Shown in pieces: positions 9,320 through 19,405 of a stretch of 64,000 nt of DNA (positions within the stretch are counted from its first letter, which is position 1; the number at the start of each line of letters is the position of its first letter). The position numbers were made by a program, and so were the translations under genes. Below the pieces are notes generated by a model, which did no database searches, was not told the origin of the DNA, and worked only from the letters and a program-made list of their open reading frames with translations. The stretch spans positions 2,583-66,582 of the forward strand of contig CAKPYT010000040.1 in NCBI GenBank assembly GCA_934203075.1, in the 5' to 3' direction. The DNA comes from an uncultured Clostridia bacterium. Lineage in GTDB: Bacteria > Bacillota > Clostridia > Christensenellales > CAG-314.

Positions 9320-10648
9320 ATGAGACAAAAACGAAAAGGCGTATCCCCCGTCTTATGGATTCTGGCGGGGTACGTCGGTACAATTTTATTGGGCACGGCA
9401 TTGCTTGCTTTGCCGTTTGCGCGAACCGGGCCGATTTCGTTTGTGGATCTGGCGTTCACCGCTACCAGTGCCGTCAGCATCACGGGGCTCGGCGTGCTGG
9501 ACGTGTCGCAAGCGTTTACGGGGTTCGGACAGGCAGTGCTGTTGCTGCTCATCGAGTTCGGCGGGCTGGGCTTTATGACGGTAGCCACCGTGGTGTTAAC
9601 GGCGCTGGGGCGACGGATTTCGCTGAAGTATCGTCTTGCCCTGACGGAATCTGCCGGGGCGGAAAACCTGCACGGCATGGTGCGGCTGGTGCGCACTTAT
9701 GCGGTGTTCAGTTTGTTGGTTCAGTTGGGCGGCACTTTGCTGCTTTTGCCGGCAACGCTGCGTCTCTATCCGTTCGGCGAGGCGTTGTTCAAATCCGTCT
9801 TTCATGCCGTTTCCTCTTACTGTAACGCCGGCGTCGATTTGTTTGCCGGGGCGTTGGGTTCTTTGGCGCAGAACCCGCTGTTTGCCCTGGTATCCTGCCT
9901 GCTGGTCGTTCTGGGCGGCCTCGGCGTCGGTATTTTGTTGGAATTTGCGCAAAAGAAAAAGTTCCGCAAATTGTCCTTGAATGCAAAAATCATTTTTTCC
10001 GCAACGGCCTTTCTGGTGCTGTTCGGCACGATATTCTTTTTGATTTGCGAGAGCGGGAACCCGCAAACGTTGGGGAACCTGCCTTTCGGGCAAAAATTGC
10101 TGGCGGCGCTGTTTCAATCCGTCATGCCGCGAACCGCCGGTTTTGCGGGCGTTACGCAAAGCGCGCTGACGCAGTCCGGTCAGGTGATGACGTTTTTGCT
10201 GATGATCGTGGGCGGGGCACCCGCCTCTACGGCCGGCGGCATTAAAGTGACGACGCTCGTGATTCTTTTTGCGGCTACGGCAACGGGGCTGCGCGGGAAG
10301 GAGGAAGTGACGCTCGGCCGAAACGGCATTGCGCAAAAAACGGTGCTGAAAGCGGTAGCGCTTGCGAGTGTTTACGTCGGTATTTTGTTGGTGGGCCTGT
10401 TGATCGTTTCCGTAACGGAAGCGGGCAGGGGGCACACGTTGTGGCAGTTGTTGTTCGAGGAGGTCAGCGCCTTGTCGAACGTCGGGTATACTTTGGATCT
10501 TACGCCTTTGCTTACGGCAGGGGGAAAGACGTTGATTCTGTTCATGATGCTGCTCGGCAGATGCGGGTTGCTGTCGTTTGCTTTGATTTTACCGGACGCA
10601 TCGTACGTGCCGGTACGCTATCGGGAAGCACACGTGGCAATCGGTTAG
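9320..10648 (+). CDS. ktrB: Potassium uptake protein, TrkH/KtrB family membrane subunit
   Basis: Full-length TrkH/KtrB-like protein with repeated pore-loop segments (for example TATSAVSITGLG). Confidence 0.9.
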   Translation: MRQKRKGVSPVLWILAGYVGTILLGTALLALPFARTGPISFVDLAFTATSAVSITGLGVLDVSQAFTGFGQAVLLLLIEFGGLGFMTVATVVLTALGRRISLKYRLALTESAGAENLHGMVRLVRTYAVFSLLVQLGGTLLLLPATLRLYPFGEALFKSVFHAVSSYCNAGVDLFAGALGSLAQNPLFALVSCLLVVLGGLGVGILLEFAQKKKFRKLSLNAKIIFSATAFLVLFGTIFFLICESGNPQTLGNLPFGQKLLAALFQSVMPRTAGFAGVTQSALTQSGQVMTFLLMIVGGAPASTAGGIKVTTLVILFAATATGLRGKEEVTLGRNGIAQKTVLKAVALASVYVGILLVGLLIVSVTEAGRGHTLWQLLFEEVSALSNVGYTLDLTPLLTAGGKTLILFMMLLGRCGLLSFALILPDASYVPVRYREAHVAIG

Positions 10649-10656
10649 GAGGAGTT

Positions 10657-11310
10657 ATGAAAAAATTCAGGCAATATCTTGTCATCGGCATGGGGATGTT
10701 CGGTGAGGCGGTCGCGTCCACGCTTACGGAACTCGGGCACGAAGTGCTCGCGCTGGACGAAAATCCGGAGCGGCTTTCCGCCGTGCAGGACGTAGTGACG
10801 CATACCGTATGCGCAGACGCTACGGACGTGCGTGTTCTGAAGTCGATCGGGGCAAACAATTTCGATGCCGCCGTCATCGCCATCGGGAACAATATGCAGG
10901 CAAGCACGCTGGCGACGCTTCTCTGCAAGGAAGTGGGGGTTCCGCGCGTCATCGCAAAGGCGCAAAGCGTTTTGCACAAGCGCGTGCTGATGAAAATCGG
11001 CGCAGACGAAGTCATCTTTCCGGAGGAAAGCAGCGGCATGAAACTGGCGCATGCGCTGGATAATCCAGGTGTGATGGAACTGGCGGAAATTGCGCCGAAA
11101 ATCAAGTTGGCAGAGGTGCCCGCCCTGCCGGAATGGGACGGAAAAACGCTTGCGGGGCTGAACCTGCGGCAGAAGTATAACGTCAACGTTCTGTTGATTC
11201 AGCGGGAGGGGAAAGTGCTGCCCGTCCCCGCGGGAGATTTCGTTTTGCGCCTGGGGGACAACGTGATTCTTTGTGGCGCGTTGGAAGACGTCCGCAAGTT
11301 GATGAAATAA
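10657..11310 (+). CDS. ktrA: Potassium uptake protein, TrkA/KtrA RCK subunit
   Basis: Starts MKKFRQYLVIGMGMFG (Rossmann GxGxxG), followed by RCK_N and RCK_C regions. An RBS GGAGG precedes the start. Confidence 0.9.
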   Translation: MKKFRQYLVIGMGMFGEAVASTLTELGHEVLALDENPERLSAVQDVVTHTVCADATDVRVLKSIGANNFDAAVIAIGNNMQASTLATLLCKEVGVPRVIAKAQSVLHKRVLMKIGADEVIFPEESSGMKLAHALDNPGVMELAEIAPKIKLAEVPALPEWDGKTLAGLNLRQKYNVNVLLIQREGKVLPVPAGDFVLRLGDNVILCGALEDVRKLMK

Positions 11311-11354
11311 AGGGAAAAACGGCTGTTTTCGGGCGAGTTTTCGCACAAAAACAC

Positions 11355-11383
11355 TTGCAAGAAAAATGTTTTCTTGCTATAAT
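11355..11383 (+). promoter_or_regulatory. Promoter of the rpsF-ssb-rpsR operon
   Basis: TTGCAA, a 17-nt spacer, then TATAAT. Confidence 0.7.
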
Positions 11384-11452
11384 ACATAGGCTTTTAAGCA
11401 AATATCCTTGCCTCGTTTTTACGAGGCCATAGTCCGAAAGGAGGTGACAAGA

Positions 11453-11731
11453 ATGAACAACTACGAAGTTTTGTACATTCTCGACAACATGGAAGATGAA
11501 GCACGCGAAGCGCTGATTGCGAAATTCTCTCAACTGGTGGTCGACAATGGCGGCGAAGTAGCCAACGTGGACAAATGGGGCGTGAAAAAATTTGCATATC
11601 CCATCAACTACAAAAACGAAGGTTACTACGTGCTGATGAACTTTGCGGCACCGGCAAGCGTACCGAGCGAATTGGAACGTGTAATGAAAATTACCGACGG
11701 CGTCGTGCGTTGCATGGTAGTACGCAAATAG
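11453..11731 (+). CDS. rpsF: 30S ribosomal protein S6
   Basis: Begins MNNYEVLYILD, with RBS AAGGAGGTG upstream. Confidence 0.97.
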   Translation: MNNYEVLYILDNMEDEAREALIAKFSQLVVDNGGEVANVDKWGVKKFAYPINYKNEGYYVLMNFAAPASVPSELERVMKITDGVVRCMVVRK

Positions 11732-11740
11732 GAGAAGTTT

Positions 11741-12154
11741 ATGAATAAAGCAATTTTAGTCGGTCGTTTAACGCGCGATCCGGAATCCGGCACGACGGGT
11801 AGCGGCACCACCTATTGCCGTTTTACTCTGGCGGTGGACCGTCCCTTCAAAAATGCGGACGGCGAACGCGTGGCGGACTTTTTGCCTGTCGTCGCTTGGC
11901 GCGCTCAGGCGGATTTTGTACAAAGATATTTCCATAAAGGCGATCCGTGTGCGGTAGTGGGCAACATTCAGACCCGCTCGTACGACGCACAGGACGGAAC
12001 GAAACGTTACGTTACGGAAATCGTGGCGGAAAACGTGGAGTTTGTGCCGCGTGCGCAAGGCGGTTCGCAGGAATTCGGCGACAGAAGCGAGTCCAAACCG
12101 AAAAAAGCGATGGACGAACTACAGGAAATTGACGACGGCGAGTTGCCGTTCTGA
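11741..12154 (+). CDS. ssb: Single-stranded DNA-binding protein
   Basis: OB-fold N-terminus MNKAILVGRLTRDPE and an acidic C-terminal tail DDGELPF. Confidence 0.97.
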   Translation: MNKAILVGRLTRDPESGTTGSGTTYCRFTLAVDRPFKNADGERVADFLPVVAWRAQADFVQRYFHKGDPCAVVGNIQTRSYDAQDGTKRYVTEIVAENVEFVPRAQGGSQEFGDRSESKPKKAMDELQEIDDGELPF

Positions 12155-12166
12155 TAAGGAGACAGT

Positions 12167-12415
12167 ATGAGTGAAGAAAAAGTGGTAAAACGCCCGATGC
12201 GTAGACCCGCTCGCAAAAAGGTTTGCACTTTCTGTGTAGACAAGGTGGAAAGCATCGATTATAAAGACGTTGCGAAATTGCGTAAATATATGACCGAAAA
12301 AGGAAAAATCATTCCGCGCAGAATGAGCGGTGTTTGCGCAAAACATCAACGGGAGTTGGCAGTCGCGATCAAACGTGCAAGAGTGATGGCTCTTTTACCG
12401 TTTGTTGCGGAATAA
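12167..12415 (+). CDS. rpsR: 30S ribosomal protein S18
   Basis: Conserved S18 sequence, located after ssb. Confidence 0.97.
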   Translation: MSEEKVVKRPMRRPARKKVCTFCVDKVESIDYKDVAKLRKYMTEKGKIIPRRMSGVCAKHQRELAVAIKRARVMALLPFVAE

Positions 12416-12526
12416 CAAACAAACAGCAGGAAGGAATCGGATCGTGTACGAACGGTTCCTTTTTCCGTACGCAGAAAGCGTTGAAAAACGTACCGAACGG
12501 CCGGCCGGAAGGCGAAGAGGTTCAGG

Positions 12527-13702
12527 ATGGATTACAGAAAAGAATCTTTAAAAAAGCACTACGAATGGAAAGGGAAAATCGAAATTGCACCGCGTGTTTC
12601 GGTATCAACGCGGGAAGAGTTGTCTCTGGCGTATACGCCCGGCGTTGCGGAGCCGTGCATGGCAATTCACGAGGACGTGAATAAAAGTTTTGAGTTAACG
12701 CGTCGCTGGAACACGGTAGCCGTCATTACGGACGGCACGGCGATTCTCGGGCTCGGGGATATTGGGCCGGAGGCCGGCATGCCCGTGATGGAAGGGAAGT
12801 GCGCTTTGTTCAAAGCGTTTGCCGGGGTGGATGCAGTGCCGTTGTGCCTGCGCACGAAAGATACGGAAGAAATCATCCGTACCGTTTCGCTGTTGGCAGG
12901 CAGTTTCGGCGGAATCAATCTGGAGGATATCTCCGCCCCTCGCTGTTTCGAGGTGGAACGCCGCCTGAAAGAAATTTGCGACGTGCCCGTGTTTCACGAC
13001 GATCAGCACGGCACGGCAATCGTAGTGGGAGCAGGGCTGCTGAACGCATTGCGTCTGGTGCACAAACAGATGGAAAACCTGAAAGTCGTTGTGAACGGTC
13101 CCGGGGCCGCGGGCATTTCCATTGCAAAGTTTCTGATGGCTATGGGCGTGCGGGACGTCATTCTGTGCGGCAAGCAGGGGATTCTGAACGCAGCGGACAA
13201 AGAAATTAACGAAGCGCAGCGCGCGATTGCAAAGATCACCAACCCGCGCGGCGTAACGGGAAAATTGCAGGACGCAATGAACGGGGCAGACGTGTTCATC
13301 GGCGTATCCGCGGCAAATTGCGTTTCGAAAGAGATGGTTGCCTCTATGGCGAAGGATGCCATTGTCTTTCCGTTGGCCAACCCCGTACCGGAAATTTCGT
13401 ATGAGGACGCATTGGCGGCAGGTGCCCGCATCGTCGGCACCGGCAGCAGCGAACATCCGAATCAGATCAACAACGCGTTGGTTTTCCCCGGGGTGTTCCG
13501 CGGGGCATTGGATGCACGCGCCGGCGACGTAAACCTGCAAATGATGATTGCCGCAAGCCACGGGATTGCAAGCCTGGTGGGGGATCGGCTGAGCGAAACC
13601 TATATCATTCCGGATCCGTACGATCCGAAAGTACACGAAGCGGTCGCAAAATCGGTAGAGCGCGCCGCTTACGAAAGCGGTGTAGCCAGAAAAGTCAAAT
13701 AA
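12527..13702 (+). CDS. NAD(P)-dependent malic enzyme (oxaloacetate-decarboxylating malate dehydrogenase)
   Basis: Contains GTAILGLGDIGPEAGMPVMEGK and the NAD-binding segment GPGAAGISIA. Confidence 0.92.
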   Translation: MDYRKESLKKHYEWKGKIEIAPRVSVSTREELSLAYTPGVAEPCMAIHEDVNKSFELTRRWNTVAVITDGTAILGLGDIGPEAGMPVMEGKCALFKAFAGVDAVPLCLRTKDTEEIIRTVSLLAGSFGGINLEDISAPRCFEVERRLKEICDVPVFHDDQHGTAIVVGAGLLNALRLVHKQMENLKVVVNGPGAAGISIAKFLMAMGVRDVILCGKQGILNAADKEINEAQRAIAKITNPRGVTGKLQDAMNGADVFIGVSAANCVSKEMVASMAKDAIVFPLANPVPEISYEDALAAGARIVGTGSSEHPNQINNALVFPGVFRGALDARAGDVNLQMMIAASHGIASLVGDRLSETYIIPDPYDPKVHEAVAKSVERAAYESGVARKVK

Positions 13703-13867
13703 AAGCGCTTGTTCGGCTGCGTTTTCGGCGTTTTTTCCGAGGAGATAAGGAAAGCGAAAAACAGGGGAACAACAAACTAGAAAAGACGGAGGCGGCCTTT
13801 CGCCTCGAAGAACGGTTCGTGTTTTAGCGGGCCGTTTCCGACTATTTGAGAAAAACAAAAAGAATTT

Positions 13868-15298
13868 ATGAGAGCAAAAGAGAAAGAACCACGCAAATTA
13901 GATATGACGCAAGGCTCGTTTTGGGATAAAATCGTGCTGTTTTCCCTGCCGTTGATGCTGACGGGCGTTTTGCAGTTGCTGTTCAGCACGGCGGATCTGG
14001 TCGTCATCGGTCAGTTTTCCAAAACGCCGAAGGTTTCTTTGGCGGCCGTCAGTTCCAATGGGGCGTTGGTCAACCTGATCATTACGGTAGCGCTCGGCCT
14101 CAGCGTCGGTGCGAACGTGGTACTGGCGCGCGCCATCGGTGCCAGAAATGCCGACCAGGCGCGTAAAACGGTGCACACTTCGTTGGTGCTGGCTTTGATC
14201 ACCGGCGTAATTTTCGGTTTGGTGGGCTTTTTCGGGGCACCGTTGTTCCTGACGTGGATGAAAACGGACCCCGCAATTATGGAAAAAGCAACAACGTATC
14301 TGCGTATTTACTTTTTGGGCATGCCCGCCAACCTGGTGTATAACTTCACTTCGTCGTTGATGCGCGCGGACGGGGATACCAAGCACCCGCTTTATTTCCT
14401 TGCGGCAGGCGGCGTTCTGAACGTGGTTTTAAACGTTGTTTTCGTGGCATGTTTCGATATGGACGTGGCAGGAGTCGCTGTCGCTACGATTGTGTCGCAA
14501 TACGTTTCCGCCGTGCTGAACGTCATTACCATGTGCCGTTCGCAAGGGTACCTGCAGCTGCGCCTGAAGGAGTTGAAAATTCATAAAGCGGAATTGCGTT
14601 CCATCGTACAGGTCGGTCTGCCGAGCGGTGTGCTGAACTCCTGCTTTTCTATCGCAAACGTCATTATTCAGACCTCCATCAACAAACTGGGTGCCGTCTA
14701 CGGCATCGACCTGGTAACGGGCAGTTCTACCAGCGGCAACGTGGAAGGGTTCGTGTACGTCGCGATGAATGCGTTTGCCAGTGCGGCGACGACGTTCGCC
14801 GGGCAGAACTTCGGTGCGAAAAAATACAAACGAATCAAAACGACCATGTGGGTTTGCAGCCTTCTGGTGGTGATCGCCAACGTTGTGGTCGGCGGACTGG
14901 TACTGTTGTTTGGTCGCCAGATCTGCGGTTTGTATGCCCCGGGGGAGGAACAGGTCATCGACTTCTCTATGCAGAGAATGTGGGTGCTGATTCCCATCTA
15001 CTTTTTGTGCAGCATTGCCGAAGTTCTGGCAGGCGGCCTTAACAGCATGGGGCACAGCGTCAGCCCGATGATCGTCAGTTTCTTTTCCATCTGCGTGTTC
15101 CGGTTGATTTGGGTGTATACGGCATGTGTTGCCGTGCAAACACCGGAAATGCTCTATTTATCCTACCCCATCAGTTGGGTACTCGATACGGCGGCTATGC
15201 TTTTGCTCTTTGTGCTGGCCTATCGCAAATTGATTCGTTCGGACACGCCGCAGCCGCCCCGTGCGGGAGAACTCCTCGAAACGCAGGAGTCCGTCTGA
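13868..15298 (+). CDS. MATE family efflux transporter
   Basis: Twelve-TM MATE-like protein containing FSLPLMLTGVLQLLFSTADLVVIG. An alternative start is the ATG at 13904. Confidence 0.9.
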   Translation: MRAKEKEPRKLDMTQGSFWDKIVLFSLPLMLTGVLQLLFSTADLVVIGQFSKTPKVSLAAVSSNGALVNLIITVALGLSVGANVVLARAIGARNADQARKTVHTSLVLALITGVIFGLVGFFGAPLFLTWMKTDPAIMEKATTYLRIYFLGMPANLVYNFTSSLMRADGDTKHPLYFLAAGGVLNVVLNVVFVACFDMDVAGVAVATIVSQYVSAVLNVITMCRSQGYLQLRLKELKIHKAELRSIVQVGLPSGVLNSCFSIANVIIQTSINKLGAVYGIDLVTGSSTSGNVEGFVYVAMNAFASAATTFAGQNFGAKKYKRIKTTMWVCSLLVVIANVVVGGLVLLFGRQICGLYAPGEEQVIDFSMQRMWVLIPIYFLCSIAEVLAGGLNSMGHSVSPMIVSFFSICVFRLIWVYTACVAVQTPEMLYLSYPISWVLDTAAMLLLFVLAYRKLIRSDTPQPPRAGELLETQESV

Positions 15299-15327
15299 AC
15301 CTGTTTTACAGAGAAAACAATCAAGTA

Positions 15328-15371
15328 AAAACCCTCCGGAGAATTTTTTGAGGCCCCCCGGAGGGTTTTTG
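15328..15371 (+). terminator. Terminator after the MATE gene
   Basis: Stem ACCCTCCGG/CCGGAGGGT with a long loop, followed by TTTTT. Confidence 0.55.
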
Positions 15372-15535
15372 AATGCAGCGGGGAACGTTTGCCCTTTGTT
15401 TTGTCGGGGCAAGAACTTGCTTCGCCGTATATTTTTCAGAGCAAAGAATCTTCCGGGCGAAGTCTTGGGGCCTTGTCGTTCGCTTCGGAAAAGAGAGGGG
15501 AAAAGCAGGCACTCCCGCAAGTTTTTTCTGAAAGA

Positions 15536-15571
15536 GGGAAAAACAAAAGAAAGCACCGAAAAAGTGCTTTC
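15536..15571 (-). terminator. Terminator after the LURP-one-like gene
   Basis: On the minus strand, stem GAAAGCAC/GTGCTTTC followed by TTTTGTTTTT. Confidence 0.65.
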
Positions 15572-15624
15572 TTCTCAGGAAACTTTGGTAAAGAGAAAGA
15601 GGATCGGGCCCCTCGGGAGTCGTC

Positions 15625-16107
15625 TCAGCGGTTGCGCGCGTTGCGATCCGTAATGTTGTCCAACCCGACGACAAGCGCCACCAGAAGAGGAATGTTTTCT
15701 TCGTTTGCTTCGATTTCGTACGTGTCGAGCAAAGCAAAGAAATTGCGGTGAACGGTTCCGATTTTCTCGTTGTTTTTCAAAACGTCCATGGTGTTGAAGT
15801 CTCCGCTCCACACAAGGGAAACGTTGTCCTGATAGCCTTCCAGCAGAAAACGCTCTTTGCTGAACGGTTTGCTGCGCAAAAGGGCAATGGTTTCGCCTTC
15901 GGCATCGCAAAGATACGCACTGTGGAACATCCAGTTAAAAAACTTGTTGCGCACAATGTACAGCACTTTTCCGTCCGGCGTACAAATGCGCTTTTTGTGT
16001 GTGATGCTGAACAGTTTTCCTTTCACCGTCAAAACGTCTTTTCCGGTTTCGTCCTTGATGGAAGAACTTCCTCTCAAAGATATTTTGTTTTTTAAAATGA
16101 TTTTCAT
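15625..16107 (-). CDS. LURP-one-related / tubby C-terminal-like (DUF567) protein
   Basis: 161-aa beta-rich protein with the family-typical C-terminus TYEIEANEENIPLLVALVVGLD. The start at MKIILKN has an upstream RBS. Confidence 0.6.
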   Translation of the reverse strand: MKIILKNKISLRGSSSIKDETGKDVLTVKGKLFSITHKKRICTPDGKVLYIVRNKFFNWMFHSAYLCDAEGETIALLRSKPFSKERFLLEGYQDNVSLVWSGDFNTMDVLKNNEKIGTVHRNFFALLDTYEIEANEENIPLLVALVVGLDNITDRNARNR

Positions 16108-16248
16108 AACCCTTTTCTCCCTTCGGCAATTCGCCGTTTTGTTCTTTTTTAGTGTATGTTCAGGATTCTTTTCGAGGAGGTCGTCCTCCCTTCGGCGGCG
16201 GTTTCGCATGCAACGTCCGCTCTTCCGCCGGAAGAACCGGCTCTCCGG

Positions 16249-16764
16249 TTAAAAGAAGGCTTTGGCAGCGATTGCGGCAGTGGTCGCAAGGGCGGCAATC
16301 CAAAACAGGAAGCGCAGCATCTTTGCGGTTTTGATGTTCTTTTTTGCCACGGCATCGCAGTAGAACGTGTTTTGCAGCAGTTCCGCGCGGCAGGTGCCCT
16401 CCACCGTTACCGCCGGGGTGTTTTCCCGAAAAGTTCCCGCACGAATCAGAACGCTGTCGTCTGTCGGGGAGGCAAGATTCGGGTAGAGGTTCATCGATAC
16501 GTTCGCCGCACGGCACTTTTTGTTTCGCCGCACGTCAAAAATACCGAAAAGGCTGACGATAAAATACAAAAGATCAAACCAGAACCACGCCTTGGTGCTT
16601 TCCTCAAAAACGCGTTTCAACTCTACGGAAACGCAATCCGTTTTTTCCACTTCGCACGTGCCGTTTCCGTAACGGTCGTACTTTAAGGATGCGGGCTGCC
16701 CGTTCACGTGGACGATCGGTGCAAAGCGTTTGGTGTTTCGGAATTCTAATTTCAGTTTTCCCAT
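16249..16764 (-). CDS. Hypothetical membrane protein
   Basis: 171-aa ORF with two hydrophobic segments. Its start lies 1 nt after the stop of the upstream ORF, which suggests coupling. No family was recognised. Confidence 0.55.
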   Translation of the reverse strand: MGKLKLEFRNTKRFAPIVHVNGQPASLKYDRYGNGTCEVEKTDCVSVELKRVFEESTKAWFWFDLLYFIVSLFGIFDVRRNKKCRAANVSMNLYPNLASPTDDSVLIRAGTFRENTPAVTVEGTCRAELLQNTFYCDAVAKKNIKTAKMLRFLFWIAALATTAAIAAKAFF

Positions 16765-16765
16765 G

Positions 16766-17203
16766 TTACTCTACCCCCGTAATCGGTATGACCTGAAAGA
16801 CAATTGCCAGCAACAGAAGGCCGAGAACTACCAGCACGCCGATTTCAAAACCGATTCTCCCCTTGGAAGCCTTTTCCGGATCTGCCCGCAGGCAAATCAG
16901 GGAAAGAATGCTTGTAACGATGGCCACAATCAGCGATGGCAGAAACGCCTGCATCAAAAACGGCAGGATTTCGGAGGCAGACGCCAGATTGTGAATTGCG
17001 TCGATGCAACCAGGCCAAAGAACGTACAAAAGGCCGCAGCTGCCGACCAGCAGCAGAACAATCAGCATGACGCCGAACACAACGGCCAGGGCTGTAATGG
17101 TGCTGGAAAGTGCGCAAAGAATCGCAACTACCGTTGCGGCAACGGAAAAATTGGAAAAAATCTTTCCGAGGTGCGTAACGCGTAGTTTCCCCAAATATCC
17201 CAT
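16766..17203 (-). CDS. Hypothetical polytopic membrane protein
   Basis: 145-aa ORF with four predicted TM helices. No family was recognised. Confidence 0.55.
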   Translation of the reverse strand: MGYLGKLRVTHLGKIFSNFSVAATVVAILCALSSTITALAVVFGVMLIVLLLVGSCGLLYVLWPGCIDAIHNLASASEILPFLMQAFLPSLIVAIVTSILSLICLRADPEKASKGRIGFEIGVLVVLGLLLLAIVFQVIPITGVE

Positions 17204-17358
17204 ATCAATCTCCTCTTTCTTGAATACTGCAGAATGCTTTTGCTATATGATATAGGATTTTTCCCAAAAAATCAATAGAAGGAGGGAAAAAACGCAAGGA
17301 ACGGGCGCTAGGGAAGGTTTCGGTTTACAAAACGGGGATTTTTTGCTATACTGCGGGT

Positions 17359-18633
17359 ATGAAAACGGATTTTTTGTTCGAGCATTGCAAAGTCGTATTG
17401 GCCGTTTCCGGCGGGGTGGACAGCATGGTGATGCTGCACCGGTTTTTGTCACTCTCCGTCCCGATGGAATTGCAGGTGGTGACGGTGCAGCACGGCTTAC
17501 GCAAAGAAGCGCAGGCGGAAGCGGCAGGGGTGCGTGCCTATTGCGAGGCACACGGTGTTCCGTTCGTTTCGGAAACGGTAGACGTGCCGGAGTATTGCCG
17601 CAGGAATAAAGTATCCGTCGAAACGGGGGCACGGCAGCTTCGGTACGAAGTGCTGCTGCGCTACGCTTCCCGTGCGGATTTTCTGTGCCTGGCGCACCAG
17701 GCAGAGGATAACGCCGAAACGGTGCTGATGCATCTGGTGCGCGGCTCGGGGCTTTCGGGCGTGTGCGGCATGGCAGAGCATTGCGGAAAAATCGTCCGGC
17801 CGATGCTGGGAGAAACGCGGGAGGAAATTCTGCGTTACGCTGCGGAACATCGCATCCCTTATTGGGAGGATGCGTCGAATGCGGACGTGCGTTACACCCG
17901 CAACTATTTTCGTCACGAGGTGTTGCCGGTATTGCAAAAGGTGAATCCCCGGGCGACGGAGGCGATTTGTCGGTTTTCCGCCGTTGCTGCGGAGGATGAG
18001 GCCTTACTGCAAAGTCTGGTAAAAGAGGAATGGATCGGGGCAGGGCCGGGAGGCTCGGTTACGCTTGCAAAAGAGGCGTTCGACGCCCTTCCTTTGGCAC
18101 GTCGGGCAATTCTTCGCGTGCTGCGTTCGTTCGGGGTGTGGCAAAACGTGGAGGCAAAACATCTGCAAGGCGTGTGCGATTTGTTCCTGCACAAACAAAA
18201 TGCGAAAATTTACGAGCTACCCTTTGACATTCGGGTGGTGAGGGATTATAATCAACTCATATTTTACAAAGGTTCCGAAACGCTCAGCGATGCGGAAGAG
18301 CCTTTCCGCGAAGGAAAAACGCGATTCGACGGTCAGACGATATGGGTAACCCAAAGCGGTTGCGGTCTGCGTTTCGATCCGACGAAGCTTCCGCAAGGGT
18401 GTGTTTTCCGGCACCGGCGCGAAGGGGATCGGTTCTGCAAGTTCGGCGGAGGCACGAAATCGCTCGGAGACTTTTTGACGGATCGTAAAATCTCGCACGC
18501 CGTGCGAGACAAGCTGATCGTGGTGGCAAAGGGAAGCGACGTATACGTCGTGATCGGGGTGGAAATTGCCGACTCGGTAAAAGCGGAACACAACGCAAAC
18601 GAAAGATTTATCTACATGGGGGAAGAAGGATGA
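17359..18633 (+). CDS. tilS: tRNA(Ile)-lysidine synthase
   Basis: PP-loop SGGVDS near the N-terminus, and the conserved tilS-hpt gene order. Confidence 0.93.
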   Translation: MKTDFLFEHCKVVLAVSGGVDSMVMLHRFLSLSVPMELQVVTVQHGLRKEAQAEAAGVRAYCEAHGVPFVSETVDVPEYCRRNKVSVETGARQLRYEVLLRYASRADFLCLAHQAEDNAETVLMHLVRGSGLSGVCGMAEHCGKIVRPMLGETREEILRYAAEHRIPYWEDASNADVRYTRNYFRHEVLPVLQKVNPRATEAICRFSAVAAEDEALLQSLVKEEWIGAGPGGSVTLAKEAFDALPLARRAILRVLRSFGVWQNVEAKHLQGVCDLFLHKQNAKIYELPFDIRVVRDYNQLIFYKGSETLSDAEEPFREGKTRFDGQTIWVTQSGCGLRFDPTKLPQGCVFRHRREGDRFCKFGGGTKSLGDFLTDRKISHAVRDKLIVVAKGSDVYVVIGVEIADSVKAEHNANERFIYMGEEG

Positions 18634-19181
18634 AAACGCACGAATACGTAGAGAGAGTACTGATTTCGAAGGAAGAGATTGCCAGACGGGTGCAGGAAAT
18701 GGGCGCTCAACTGACGGAGGACTATCGCGGCAAAAACCCGCTGTTCGTTTGTATTCTGAAGGGCGCCGTTTTGTATTTTGCAGATCTGGTACGCGCGGTG
18801 GATACGGACATCGAGTTGGAGTTTATGGCAATCAGTTCGTACGGAAGCGGCACGACGACCAGCGGAGAAGTGCGCATTTTGAAGGATCTCGGAGTCAGCA
18901 TCGAAGGGAGAGACGTCGTCATTGTGGAGGACATCGTCGATACGGGCATCACTTTGAACTATCTGTGCAAACAATTGAAAACACGCGGTGCCAAATCGGT
19001 GGAAATTGCCTGTTTGCTGACGAAACCGTCCAGACGTCGTTCGGAAGTGAACGTAAAATACGTCGGTTTCGAAATTCCGAACGAGTTCGTCATCGGGTAC
19101 GGGTTGGACTTTGCGGAAAAATTCCGCAATCTCGAGGACGTGTGCATTTTAAAACCCATGGCATACAGCTCGGAACAATAG
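18630..19181 (+). CDS. hpt: Hypoxanthine phosphoribosyltransferase
   Basis: PRPP-binding motif VVIVEDIVDTGITL. Its ATGA start overlaps the tilS stop. Confidence 0.95.
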   Translation: MKTHEYVERVLISKEEIARRVQEMGAQLTEDYRGKNPLFVCILKGAVLYFADLVRAVDTDIELEFMAISSYGSGTTTSGEVRILKDLGVSIEGRDVVIVEDIVDTGITLNYLCKQLKTRGAKSVEIACLLTKPSRRRSEVNVKYVGFEIPNEFVIGYGLDFAEKFRNLEDVCILKPMAYSSEQ

Positions 19182-19215
19182 GCAGAAAAAAGAAAGAAAC
19201 GCTCTTTTGCGTACG

Positions 19216-19246
19216 GCGCGTCCGGAGGATTCCGGGCGCGTTTTTT
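19216..19246 (+). terminator. Terminator after hpt
   Basis: GC-rich hairpin GCGCGTCCGG/CCGGGCGCG followed by TTTTTT. Confidence 0.7.
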
Positions 19247-19405
19247 ATCGGGGCAAAACTCTTTTTTACAGTAAAGCATTAAACTCATTTCTTTGGCGAA
19301 CCGCAAGAAAAAGCATTGATTTTTCGTTCTAAGTATGATTTAATAATAATGTTTAATTCTGGTCTCCGGTCAGAACGGAACCAAGAACAAGAGGAAGGTT
19401 ATTGC

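Noticed and set aside
8542-9696. 384-aa minus-strand ORF spanning the gerAC end, the spacer and the ktrB start.
   Set aside because: It has an Arg/Pro/Ser/Ala-rich low-complexity composition typical of antisense or GC-driven artefacts. It overlaps two confidently homologous genes on the other strand and has no RBS.
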